Counted from the first letter of the stretch, positions 29,826 to 39,908 are shown. The stretch: DNA of 45,883 nucleotides from an uncultured Bdellovibrionales bacterium (GCA_937936325.1 CALGWV010000018.1:1-45883); one strand, 5' to 3'. Program-made: numbers and translations. Notes: generated by a model from the sequence alone, not told the origin.

Positions 29826-31469
29826 GTGTACCGTCTAATTATACTATTTTGTTTTACTCTACCTCCTCTTAGCTGGGGTAAGGAGATTTTAGTCACCGAT
29901 AGCCCCATCGAAGAACCCTTGTCTGCTTTGCCTGGAGATTCTTTTTTTGAGAATGAAGCCCTTTGGTTTATGGGGACAGGGGCTTATGGTGAAGGGCGAT
30001 GGCTGATACCTGGGTTTGAGCCTAAGGATTTAAGCCTCAGCTATAAGGGGCTTCCTTTAAATGATATTACGAGTCCGAACGGAGCTGTCTCCTCAAATCA
30101 TATGCTTGTCACTGGAAATTTAAGCCCTAAAAAACTGGGTTTGGGTGAGATCTTAAACTACGAGCTTATTTCGACCTATTCTAAAAGCTTTAAGGGGGCT
30201 TTGAATTTAGGGAACTTTCTCCATCGTTCGCTCTATTTGTCTATAGCTTCGAGAACTTCTAAATGGAAAATCCATTATGCTTCTGAGCAACAAGCGAGTC
30301 GTGCTCAAGCAGGAGTGGAAAGCGAAAATTATCAAAACTTGCATTTAGAGTGGGACCAAAAAATTATAAATCATTCTAAATATTTATGGGAGACAAAGCT
30401 GAGTTTCAATATTTTAGATCAAGATTTGGATGCCTATGGGGCCACTGGGGCTATTGATGATGAGGATGCCCACCAAAAAGAGTTTCAAGCTTTTTTTGCA
30501 ACACACTTTGAAGCCAAGATAACTAATAAGATTAAAGCCTCTGTAGGACAGTCTCTCAATTTGAATTCAAGAGAGTATATCAATGAAAGCGATGCCTTAA
30601 ATCCCTTCGGTGAAGGTGAGATGTTTTGGAATGGTTTCAGACATTATCAAAAGTGGGAACTGAAGAGGAGCGGGGGTGGGGGCGAGCTTGGAGTAGGTTT
30701 TAATTTGGATTTCCAAAGCCTTCAAGATAAAAATAATTCTGAAAGTCTTTGGGAGGGAACTCCTCAAGTTCAATTTTTGATACATGATTTTATGAACACA
30801 GAGTTTCAAAGCCAGTGGTCCTATGTGTTTGGTCTTCGGCAGTTTAATTATTCTTTGAGTGCTCAAACTCACCTATCTCCTGAGTTCGTATTGATGGGAG
30901 ACTATCAAAGTCAGGGGCGGGCCCCTAGTTTATACCAAAATAGTTTGGCCTCTTCAGAACTCACTGCGGAAAAAGTAGATCTGGTAAGGCTTGGTGCAAA
31001 ACTCTTATTTGATTCTCAAAATTTTTTAGAGTTGAAGTATCAAAGACGAAACGAAACAAACCCCATTGATTATGTTTTTACTTCAGGTGAGTTTAGAACG
31101 ACAAACTCTGATGAAACACAGATTAAAAATAGTGTTTTGGTTCAATTTCAATTTCATACTCAAAAGCTTATGCGTTTGAGTCTTTTGGGTGCTTATAATT
31201 TTAATCCTCAAAAAGCTTTTGAGGCTAGGTTTTACTTAAAAACAGGTCTAACTTGGAGAATGAACAATAGGCTCATAATGGGTTTCGAGACAAAATCTTT
31301 ATTTTCTTATCGGGATGTTCAAAAGAATTTGATTCCATACTATTTAGAAGATAAGTGGAGCCTCCGGTGGAAAAATGCAGAGCTGCAGCTTAAAAACCTT
31401 ATTAACTCCCCTTCTTTTGAAAAGGGGCTCAACCGCCAAACACGAGTGCACTTTTTGTATCACTTTTGA
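29826..31469 (+). CDS. Divergent TonB-dependent receptor-like outer-membrane protein
   Basis: Signal peptide from GTG 29826, EILVT TonB-box-like segment, plug remnant (YKGLPLND), terminal FLYHF; track start 29754. Confidence 0.55.
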   Translation: MYRLIILFCFTLPPLSWGKEILVTDSPIEEPLSALPGDSFFENEALWFMGTGAYGEGRWLIPGFEPKDLSLSYKGLPLNDITSPNGAVSSNHMLVTGNLSPKKLGLGEILNYELISTYSKSFKGALNLGNFLHRSLYLSIASRTSKWKIHYASEQQASRAQAGVESENYQNLHLEWDQKIINHSKYLWETKLSFNILDQDLDAYGATGAIDDEDAHQKEFQAFFATHFEAKITNKIKASVGQSLNLNSREYINESDALNPFGEGEMFWNGFRHYQKWELKRSGGGGELGVGFNLDFQSLQDKNNSESLWEGTPQVQFLIHDFMNTEFQSQWSYVFGLRQFNYSLSAQTHLSPEFVLMGDYQSQGRAPSLYQNSLASSELTAEKVDLVRLGAKLLFDSQNFLELKYQRRNETNPIDYVFTSGEFRTTNSDETQIKNSVLVQFQFHTQKLMRLSLLGAYNFNPQKAFEARFYLKTGLTWRMNNRLIMGFETKSLFSYRDVQKNLIPYYLEDKWSLRWKNAELQLKNLINSPSFEKGLNRQTRVHFLYHF

Positions 31470-31538
31470 AAGACTAGACCTAAGGCATAGGTTTTGTTTT
31501 CTTTGATAAAGACTGTAAAATAAAGTTTTGGGGGAATA

Positions 31539-33806
31539 TTGAAAGTTTTAGTGGTTTTGTGTCTTATTTTCTTGGCTTATCAGGCTCATGCTGAACGTCA
31601 GCCCGATCAAGTTAAGCCGGCAATTCAAAACGCAACAGTCCCCTTTTCTTTGAGCTTGAATCACGCTTCTTTTCTAAATGCAGTAAAAAGTTTCGAAAAA
31701 GCTGACCTTAAAGCGGCGAAAGAAGTTTTCTTGCAGATCAACTCCCAGGCCCATCCTCTTAAAGCTCATTTGCATTTTTATTTAGCGAAAATCTACCTTC
31801 AAGAGCAGCAATATTCTAAGGCCGAAGTGTCATTTAAGTTGGCCCTGGATTCAGAGCCTAATTTTAATATTCGAAGACAAAGTCATAAAGGTCTAGGGGA
31901 CACCTATCGCCTCAGGAGGTTCCACACTGAAGCCTACAGTTCCTATAAAAAAGCTTTCAAACATTTTTATTTGCCTGAAGAAAAAAAAGAACTGTTAGTC
32001 TTACTCTTAGATCAAGCCCTTATTGTTAAGAAAAAAGAAAGTTGTAAATGGTTCACTTCACTTTTTGTAAATCACCCTGTGACAACGGGTAAAGATTTCG
32101 AGAGAGATTTAAAATCTTGGACCTTAGATTCGAAAACATGGACCCTGAATGCAAGGCCTATTAATTGTCCTGTGAGAGTTTCTCAAATAAAAAGAAGGAT
32201 GAAGAACTTTATCTGGAATGGTATTAAAGATAAACCTTTGATATCACTTTCTTATTATTATAAGACACACCCTCAACATAAGATTGAGCTTGAAACATCA
32301 AGGCTCTTGGCAATGTCTGAGCCTGATCAAGCATTTAAACTTTATAATGAAAACTATAAATATAATTACGAAGAACTTTATAATTTTTATGTTGCCAGCT
32401 CGAGAGCAGACAAGTATCTCGAAGCTGAGAAAATGATTAAAAAAATTCAAAAACTCAAGGGCTTAAGCCGTTCCCGTATTCAGAAGACCAAACTCCACGA
32501 GGGTTTTTTGCACTATGAATTTGGCAGTTATAAAAAAGCAGCGCAGAGATTTAAAGAATACCTAAAGTATGGTCGTGGAGCTAGAAACTATGGAGATGCC
32601 CTCTGGTATGAGGCCTGGACCACATATTTGAGTGGAAATTTTAACAAAAGCCAAACTTTGTTTTCAAATTATTTAAAAGCTGTTCAAAAAAAGAAACGCT
32701 ATAAATCCAGGGATCGATACTCTCCAGATCGCTTGAAATATTGGTTAGCTAAAAGTCACCAAAATCTAAAGCAAACAACCAAAGCTAAAGAGATTTACTC
32801 TTCCATTAACAAGGATACCTATTACATTAATTTAGCTCGTGAACAGATCCAAAAAATAAACTCTATTTACCCTAAATCCACTTTACCTTGGGGCAATGAG
32901 CTCGTTGTAGATCATTCTACTTACGCTCGGATTTTAGATCTTTGGACAGAAAATAAAAAAGAAGAGCTATACTCATTAGTTCAGAGCTTCTATAAGTCAG
33001 CCAAAGATGTCTCGGCACTTAAGAGAGCTAAACTCTTAAACGGATTAGGTTTAGGGGAGATGGCCTACTGGGAAGTTTATGATTTAGCCCAGAATTCAAA
33101 GTCCTACTACCAGAGGTTAGGAGTGGCATGGCTTTATGAGCAAGCGGGGCGTTTGGACCGTAGGTCAAGAACTCTGACAGGTTTATTGTCAGAGTTAAAA
33201 TTAGAGCTAAAAAGTGAAACTTTAAAAAAATATTGGCTTTTGGCCCATCCCAAAAACCATGACTCTTTAGTGAATAAAATTTCAAAAATAAATGAGCTCA
33301 GTCCTAATTTTGTTCACGGCCTCATGAGAAGCGAGAGTTTTTATAATCCTAAGGCCCACTCTTCTGTTGGAGCTCGTGGGCTAATGCAGCTCATGCCGGC
33401 TACAGCCAAAGAGCTTATGAGGTTGCTTGGACAAGAAGATGATATTGAGTCTAAGGATTTATATGACCCTTTTGTAAATGTGTTCTTAGGGGGGAGTTAC
33501 CTGGGGCGTATCAGTAAACAGTTTAATGCTTCAGAACTTCTCATGGCGGCCAGTTACAATGCCGGACCCCATAGAGCCAATTGGTGGCTGTATCGATTTG
33601 GTCAGCTTAAAAAAGATGAGTTTGTCGAGCATATTTTGTTCACAGAAACTAGAAATTACGTCAAGAAAGTCATCAAAACGAGGTGGATTTATGATGAGCT
33701 CTATAATTCAAAAAGGGGTTCCTCCAAAAACACATTTGCAGGTTTAATGGAAAATTTCGAAATTCAACGTAACAGAACCCCCTCTTTCAAAGAGTCCTGG
33801 AACTAA
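31539..33806 (+). CDS. Soluble lytic transglycosylase with TPR-like region
   Basis: MRSESFYNP, SSVGARGLMQLMP, ASYNAGP, ETRNYVKKV. Confidence 0.93.
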   Translation: MKVLVVLCLIFLAYQAHAERQPDQVKPAIQNATVPFSLSLNHASFLNAVKSFEKADLKAAKEVFLQINSQAHPLKAHLHFYLAKIYLQEQQYSKAEVSFKLALDSEPNFNIRRQSHKGLGDTYRLRRFHTEAYSSYKKAFKHFYLPEEKKELLVLLLDQALIVKKKESCKWFTSLFVNHPVTTGKDFERDLKSWTLDSKTWTLNARPINCPVRVSQIKRRMKNFIWNGIKDKPLISLSYYYKTHPQHKIELETSRLLAMSEPDQAFKLYNENYKYNYEELYNFYVASSRADKYLEAEKMIKKIQKLKGLSRSRIQKTKLHEGFLHYEFGSYKKAAQRFKEYLKYGRGARNYGDALWYEAWTTYLSGNFNKSQTLFSNYLKAVQKKKRYKSRDRYSPDRLKYWLAKSHQNLKQTTKAKEIYSSINKDTYYINLAREQIQKINSIYPKSTLPWGNELVVDHSTYARILDLWTENKKEELYSLVQSFYKSAKDVSALKRAKLLNGLGLGEMAYWEVYDLAQNSKSYYQRLGVAWLYEQAGRLDRRSRTLTGLLSELKLELKSETLKKYWLLAHPKNHDSLVNKISKINELSPNFVHGLMRSESFYNPKAHSSVGARGLMQLMPATAKELMRLLGQEDDIESKDLYDPFVNVFLGGSYLGRISKQFNASELLMAASYNAGPHRANWWLYRFGQLKKDEFVEHILFTETRNYVKKVIKTRWIYDELYNSKRGSSKNTFAGLMENFEIQRNRTPSFKESWN

Positions 33807-34005
33807 ATCATCCAGAAATACGCATTGAGCTTAACGCAACGAAATTTGTGGGATCCTATTATATTCGCTAGCATTTTGACTATTCCTGGGGACTTTCATT
33901 TCAAATTTAAATTTTTGATGAGTTTAAACTCCCTTCAGATGGAATTGCCCATGCTAGAGGAGCCATTTTGATTTCTCAATAGCATTTAAAAAATATCATG
34001 GAGCT

Positions 34006-35598
34006 ATGAGAGTGATCTTAAACAAGTTTCTTCAATATTTTGTAATATGTTTGACGTTATTTTCTTGTCAAAAAAAACCATCAGGTGAGTATGGGCTGGA
34101 TCCATCAGATACATTGAGGATCGCCTTTGGGGCAGAACCCCCGACGTTGGATTGGAATAAATCCTCTGACACCACTTCATCATCAGTCATTGATAACCTC
34201 ATGGACGGGTTGGTTGTTTTTGAATACTTAGACAATAAAATTAATTTAGGCGCGGGCTTAGCCACGAATTGGGAAGGCTCCCAAAAGAACACAGTATGGA
34301 AATTCCAAATTCGAAAAAATGTTCAATGGGAAGACGGCCAGCCTTTTGAACCCAGTCAGGTGATCGATGGATGGCAGCGACTCTTGGATCCTAAGACAGC
34401 CTCGCCTTATGCTTACTTCTTGTTTGGGATTCAAGGGGCTGAAGATTATAATAGTGGTAAGATTAAAGATTTCTCTAAAGTGGGAGTGAAGCTCAAGGGG
34501 CATGAGCTCCAGGTGAAGTTAAACAACTCTATGTATTTTCCCTACGCATTAACTCATACCTCAACCTACCCTGTGCGCAAAGATCTTATTGCAAAATACG
34601 GTGAAGATAAGTGGATGCAAGCTGGAAACTTTGTAGGCCTAGGGGCCTATAGTTTGAAACGCTGGGATCATGATAAAGTCATTATTTTAAAAGCAAATCC
34701 TAAGTATTATGGAACAGCTCCAAAAACGCCAAATATTTTGGGCTATATTATAACTGATGTGAACACTCAACTGAATATGTTTAATGCTGGTCAAATTGAT
34801 GTGTTAGATTCGGTTCCGTCGGTACAACTTAGAGAGCTCAAAAAACGAAGTGACTTTGTGGAATACGGGATTTTGTCTTCATACTATTTTGGCTTTAATA
34901 CGCAAATTGAACCTACAAATAATCCTCTTGTCCGTAGAGCCATTGCCCATGCCATTGATCGCACTAAAGTGACGCGCATGATGGCAGGAGGGCAAAAGCC
35001 TATGTCAGGTTGGATTCCTGAAGGCATACTGGCCCACGACCCAGAGGCGGGTTTAAAATTTGATCCAGTGAAAGCTAAAGACCTCTTAAAGCAAGCGGGC
35101 TATGATGAGAGCAACCCTCTTCCGCCCATACAACTTTCGTTTAATACGAACCAAGATCACAAACGTATTATTGAAAATGTCCAATCACAAATTAAGAAAA
35201 ACTTAGGGGTTGAAATTCAAGTTCAAAATAATGAGTGGAAAGTATATCTTGGAAATTTAAAAGCTAAACCGACTCAGATCTACAGGATGGGTTGGGTGGC
35301 TGATTATCCTGACCCTCATAACTTTTACGAACTTATGACTTCAAAATCAGAAAACAATTACACGGGTTGGAAGAGCCCAAAATTTGATAAAGCCGTGGTT
35401 CAAGCCGTCAGTGCACCAACTGATGAGCAAAGGTTAAAGTACTATAAAGAGGCGTCAAAGCTTTTACTTGAAGAAGGGGTCTCGGTGATCCCCATGTTCT
35501 CAGGTGTAGCCCATAAACTGATTCACCCCAGTGTCATCTCATACCCCATGAATCCCATGTCCCAAAGGCGTTTAAAAAATGTGAGTCTACAAAGATGA
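34006..35598 (+). CDS. oppA: Oligopeptide ABC transporter substrate-binding lipoprotein
   Basis: Lipobox LFSC, EPPTLD, RMGWVADYPDP. Confidence 0.92.
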   Translation: MRVILNKFLQYFVICLTLFSCQKKPSGEYGLDPSDTLRIAFGAEPPTLDWNKSSDTTSSSVIDNLMDGLVVFEYLDNKINLGAGLATNWEGSQKNTVWKFQIRKNVQWEDGQPFEPSQVIDGWQRLLDPKTASPYAYFLFGIQGAEDYNSGKIKDFSKVGVKLKGHELQVKLNNSMYFPYALTHTSTYPVRKDLIAKYGEDKWMQAGNFVGLGAYSLKRWDHDKVIILKANPKYYGTAPKTPNILGYIITDVNTQLNMFNAGQIDVLDSVPSVQLRELKKRSDFVEYGILSSYYFGFNTQIEPTNNPLVRRAIAHAIDRTKVTRMMAGGQKPMSGWIPEGILAHDPEAGLKFDPVKAKDLLKQAGYDESNPLPPIQLSFNTNQDHKRIIENVQSQIKKNLGVEIQVQNNEWKVYLGNLKAKPTQIYRMGWVADYPDPHNFYELMTSKSENNYTGWKSPKFDKAVVQAVSAPTDEQRLKYYKEASKLLLEEGVSVIPMFSGVAHKLIHPSVISYPMNPMSQRRLKNVSLQR

Positions 35599-36668
35599 AA
35601 ATCGAAAAATACATTCCTCTTTTGTTACTAGGGCTCATAGTTTGGGCCATTGGCTTGGACCTCTTTGGATATATAATTCCTTCAGTTTTATTTTATGCTA
35701 TTGGACTCACTTTTGTGTGCGGGCTTGGAGTTTTTATTTATAAAAATTCCCTGCTCAAATACACCATGAAAAGAATTGGGGAAGCCTTTTTTGTCATTTT
35801 CCTCATCATGACCGCCACCTTTTTATTGCTAAGAACTATTCCCGGGGGGCCCTTTGATGAAGAAAAAGCTCTCCCGCCAGAGATCAAAGCCAATATTGAA
35901 AAAAAATATAATTTAGATCAACCCTTGCTCACACAGTATGCCTTATACATAGGGCAGGTGGTGCGCGGGGATATGGGAGAGAGTTTTAAATATGTTGGGC
36001 GCTCTGTCACTGACATTATAAAAGAGGCCCTGCCACCATCTTTGCTTCTGGGCTTTTATGCTTTGATCTTAGCTTTTTTGATGGGGATACCTCTGGGGCT
36101 TTTTGCAGCGGCCAGGCATAACACCTGGATTGATAATTTATGTATGGGCTTTGCCGTAAGTGGGATCGCTTTGCCCAATTTTCTTGTGGCCACACTTTTA
36201 GTGTTGTTCTTTTCATTAAAGTTGCAAGTATTGCCCGCAGCACTTTGGGTGACCCCTTGGCATTACATCTTGCCGGTCATTGCACTTGGGATCCGCCCTG
36301 CGGCTTTTATTGCCCGCCTCACACGATCCAGTGTTTTGGATGTCATTCAATCTGATTATATTCGTACGGCAAAAGCCAAGGGTCTGTCTGCTCGAAAAGT
36401 TTTATGGAAGCATGTTTTAAAAAACTCACTTCTGCCAGTGCTCACTTTTTCAGGACCACTGGCTGCTGGGATTATGTCAGGTTCATTTGTTATTGAATTT
36501 ATTTTTGCTATCCCAGGATTAGGTCCTCATTTAATATCAAGTGTGTCTAACCGAGACTATCCGCTGATTTTAGGTTTAACACTTTTGTATTCTATTATGC
36601 TTATTTTTGCGAACTTAATTGTGGATTTGTTGTACACATTTTTTGATCCAAGGATAAAACTATCATGA
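35595..36668 (+). CDS. oppB: Oligopeptide ABC transporter permease
   Basis: PGGPFD, DYIRTAKAKGL, NRDYPLI; ATGA overlap; extra N-terminal TM segments. Confidence 0.93.
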   Translation: MKIEKYIPLLLLGLIVWAIGLDLFGYIIPSVLFYAIGLTFVCGLGVFIYKNSLLKYTMKRIGEAFFVIFLIMTATFLLLRTIPGGPFDEEKALPPEIKANIEKKYNLDQPLLTQYALYIGQVVRGDMGESFKYVGRSVTDIIKEALPPSLLLGFYALILAFLMGIPLGLFAAARHNTWIDNLCMGFAVSGIALPNFLVATLLVLFFSLKLQVLPAALWVTPWHYILPVIALGIRPAAFIARLTRSSVLDVIQSDYIRTAKAKGLSARKVLWKHVLKNSLLPVLTFSGPLAAGIMSGSFVIEFIFAIPGLGPHLISSVSNRDYPLILGLTLLYSIMLIFANLIVDLLYTFFDPRIKLS

Positions 36669-37546
36669 TGAAATCAAACAGCTTATGGCAAGACTCTTGG
36701 GTAAGACTTCAAAAAAATAAGGGAGCCATGTTCTCCATGTACTTTATTATTTTAGTGAGTGTGTTAGCACTTTTTGCTGGAGTACTGAGTCCTTACCCTT
36801 TTGATGAAATCTTCGATGGGAAAGAGTTCTTGAGTCCGAATTCAAAATTTTGGTTTGGAACAGACAGCTTAGGGAGAGATCTCTTTTCAAGAACGCTATA
36901 CGGCGCACGAATGTCTATGGCCGTTGGGATAATCACAGCTTTAATATCAATGGTGATTGGCACAGTTTACGGATCTATATCGGGTTGGTTCGGAGGACGC
37001 ATAGACTCCATCATGATGCGTTTTGTGGACACACTCATAGCCATACCCTCACTCGTTCTTTTAATTTTAGTGAAAGTCTTTTTTGATTCTTTTCAGCTTT
37101 TTGAAAGCCTAGAGGCCAGAGCCTTAACAGGAATGGTCGTGGCATTAAGTATGGTGGGCTGGGTGACCTTGGCTCGAGTCGTCAGAGGCCAGGTTCTACA
37201 GGTTAAAGAGCTCACCTATGTGGAAGCAGCCCGGGCCTTAGGGTTTAAACCTGCACATATTTTAAGAAAATATATTATCCCTAATATACTAGGACCTATT
37301 ATTGTCTTACTGACTTTTCAGATCCCAAGTAATATTTTATCAGAAAGTTTTTTAAGTTTTATAGGCCTCGGCCTTCAACCTCCATATAGTAGCTGGGGAG
37401 TGCTCGCCAATGATGGTTGGAAAGCCATGCAAACTTATCCCCATCTGATATTCCCACCAGGAGTAGCTATTTTCCTAACACTCTTAGCTTTCAACCTTTT
37501 TGGTGATGGCCTCAGAGATGCCCTTGATCCTAAGATGAAGACGTAA
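36665..37546 (+). CDS. oppC: Oligopeptide ABC transporter permease
   Basis: FGTDSLGRDL, YVEAARALG, FNLFGDGLRDALDP. Confidence 0.94.
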   Translation: MMKSNSLWQDSWVRLQKNKGAMFSMYFIILVSVLALFAGVLSPYPFDEIFDGKEFLSPNSKFWFGTDSLGRDLFSRTLYGARMSMAVGIITALISMVIGTVYGSISGWFGGRIDSIMMRFVDTLIAIPSLVLLILVKVFFDSFQLFESLEARALTGMVVALSMVGWVTLARVVRGQVLQVKELTYVEAARALGFKPAHILRKYIIPNILGPIIVLLTFQIPSNILSESFLSFIGLGLQPPYSSWGVLANDGWKAMQTYPHLIFPPGVAIFLTLLAFNLFGDGLRDALDPKMKT

Positions 37547-37649
37547 AAATCAAATTTGAAGCCTTTAAATATTCGTGTTTGGCTTCGAGCTAATTCCTAT
37601 ATTTAAAGATTAAACTCTAATCACTGAGAAAGTTAATTTAAGTAATGGG

Positions 37650-37873
37650 TGTTAAGCACTTTTAATTCTTGTGTCTTCTTTGTGAACTCTTGAAGTCATT
37701 TCCCACTGGATAAAAAAAGCCCGCTTTCGGCCGCAAGTCGTCTCATGGAATGTATTATGAATACATTCCACACCCCAAGGTACGCCTTGCCGCGACGCTC
37801 AAAGCTTTCTTTTCTAGTGGGAAATGACTTCAAGAGTTCACAAAGAAGACACAAGAATCAAAAATGCTTAACA
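37650..37873 (-). repeat. Family-1 rod-like palindromic element, copy B
   Basis: About 70-bp inverted arms containing a 43-bp perfect stretch, around an 83-nt core (37721-37803). Confidence 0.92.
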
Positions 37874-37892
37874 TGCTAATAATTTTATTCTA

Positions 37893-38060
37893 AGGCGTGT
37901 CCCGAATTCTATATGGTGCTACAAAATACAGGTCGTATTCAAAGTCAGTGAGCGCAGGTCGAATAAATTTTTAGCTAGCCATGGGCTTACTTACAAATTT
38001 GAGAGGGCGAGCATTGTTGAGTTTGGATCTGAGATGGGTTATGTAGCTTTATGACCTGAT
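37893..38060. mobile_element. Family-3 MITE-like relic (right end decayed, boundary approximate)
   Basis: Begins CTA|AGGCGTGTCCCGAATTC; shares CGCAGGTYGAATAAATTTT, TACTTACAAATTT and GCGAGYATTGTT with 19268-19327. Confidence 0.6.
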
Positions 38061-38314
38061 GCCGTACCAAAATGGCATTACTTTTGGCTCCATGTGCTCA
38101 TTCGAGGGTCGGAGAAGTATAGAGGTGGAAATACTTGATGAGCAACAGATATTAAAAACTAAAATTATATCCTCAGATGACTGCTCATCTGGTCAATTCC
38201 AGTAATATGTTCGTGAGCCCAAATCACAATCACTCTCTTGGAAATACTTACTATTTTAAAACTTCTAATAGTAGAGGTCTGTAAGTGTATTAGTAAATAA
38301 GATACAATCAATTC

Positions 38315-39532
38315 ATGAATAAAAAAATTGCAATTATTGGGGCTGGACTATCAGGTTTAGCAGCAGCCTTAGAGCTCAAGAAACTAGGCCATCAAATTAA
38401 AGTTTTTGATCAGTCTGTTAAAGTGGGTGGGCGAGTTCAATCGGATCATATCGATGGTTATACCTTGGATCGAGGTTTTCAGGTTCTCCTTCCGTCCTAT
38501 GAAATGGCGCAACATTATTTTGATTATGAAGATCTAAAACTCTCGGGTTTTCAGCCTGGAGCGCAGATCTATAATCAGTCCTCACAAAAATTTAATATAA
38601 TATCAGACCCCCTTCGAGACCCATCAACACTGTTAGTTACAGTTTTTAATTCGGTGGCGAGTCTCAAAGACAAATATTTGATTTTAAAATTAAAACTAAA
38701 TACAAAAAATTTTGAGATGAAGAGTCTTTCAAATACAACGACTTATTCAGGGCTTAAAGAGTTTGGGTTTTCAGACAAATTTATTAACGGATTTTTAAAA
38801 CCCTTTTTCTCAGGTGTCTTTCTGGAAAAGGAATTATCTCTAGACTTTAATTTTTTCAAGTATTTATTCTCAAAGTTTAATTCTTCCCAAGCGGTGCTAC
38901 CCCTAGGTGGGATGGGTGCACTTTCAGAACAAATGGCTAAGTCTCTATCTCAGGAGGAACTCAAACTAGGTATCAAGGTTGAAAGTTTCACACAAAACTC
39001 AGTCCAGACTCAAAATGCAGGTGAAAAATTTGATCATGTGATCTGCGCCATGGGGCAAGATCAAGCTCAAAAAGTTGGAGGTTTAAAGCTTAAGGCTGAG
39101 TCTGAGTCTGCTGAAACATATAGGCCAGTCGTCACTTCCTACTTTACAACTCCATCTGAGAAACACTCCTCTAAATATTTATATCTATTACCAGGTCATA
39201 AAGTGAATCACGTGGCTTGTCTTACAGCAGTCCAAAAAAGCTATGCTCCAAAAGGGCAAGTACTCTATTCAGTGAACTCCATAGAGTCAGAGGCTAGAGA
39301 TCCAAAAGAAATAATCCAAAGCCTAGTTCCAGTTTTTGGCGAAACAGAGATGAAAACATGGAGTCATCTCAAAACCTATGAAATTAAAAAAGCTCTTCCT
39401 AAAAACTTCCTAAATCAAGATAAAACTTTATCCCAAAATGGAATATTATATATCGGAGACTACACTCAACACCCATCCATCCAAGGCGCACTGGAATCAG
39501 GATATAAATGTGCCCAAGAAATTAAAAAATAA
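38315..39532 (+). CDS. FAD-dependent oxidoreductase (amine oxidase/phytoene dehydrogenase-like)
   Basis: IAIIGAGLSGL, VGGRV, LDRGFQVL, GDY...SIQGALESG. Confidence 0.88.
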   Translation: MNKKIAIIGAGLSGLAAALELKKLGHQIKVFDQSVKVGGRVQSDHIDGYTLDRGFQVLLPSYEMAQHYFDYEDLKLSGFQPGAQIYNQSSQKFNIISDPLRDPSTLLVTVFNSVASLKDKYLILKLKLNTKNFEMKSLSNTTTYSGLKEFGFSDKFINGFLKPFFSGVFLEKELSLDFNFFKYLFSKFNSSQAVLPLGGMGALSEQMAKSLSQEELKLGIKVESFTQNSVQTQNAGEKFDHVICAMGQDQAQKVGGLKLKAESESAETYRPVVTSYFTTPSEKHSSKYLYLLPGHKVNHVACLTAVQKSYAPKGQVLYSVNSIESEARDPKEIIQSLVPVFGETEMKTWSHLKTYEIKKALPKNFLNQDKTLSQNGILYIGDYTQHPSIQGALESGYKCAQEIKK

Positions 39533-39713
39533 AACTTCAAAGCTAGCTTGAAGCAGGTTTTAGTTTTAAAGAATTAGAAGTTCGTTATATTTCTAATAAA
39601 CTTATGGACAGCGAGTAGGACGTGAAACAATTGTTTTTTGGCACACCAAAAAGTTATTGGGTTTATGTTAAAGGATGCTTTGGCACGAAAAAAATAGAAT
39701 ATCCAACTGCGTA

Positions 39714-39908
39714 TTTTAAAGCTTGAGATTGATTTTGGATTTCTTAAAGATGTTGAATAAGGCGGAAGCGTTGAACGTCGCGGCAGCGCGTATCTTGGTG
39801 TGTGATATGTACACATAGCACATTTCAGGAGACGTTCTGCGGCCGAAAGTGGGCTTCCATCTTATTCAACATCTTTAAGAAATTCAAAATCAATCTTAAG
39901 CTTTAAAA
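39714..39908 (+). repeat. Family-1 rod-like palindromic element, copy C
   Basis: 56-bp arms 39714-39769/39853-39908 (4 mismatches), 83-nt core 65/83 identical to reverse complement of copy B core. Confidence 0.92.

Noticed and set aside
39574-39816. 80-aa minus-strand ORF
   Set aside because: Starts within the family-1 core; no recognisable protein features or RBS.
39714-39908. 6S RNA or retron msr-msd identity for family 1
   Set aside because: Size and rod shape are suggestive, but three copies in 46 kb with unrelated near-perfect arms do not fit 6S, and no reverse transcriptase is adjacent.
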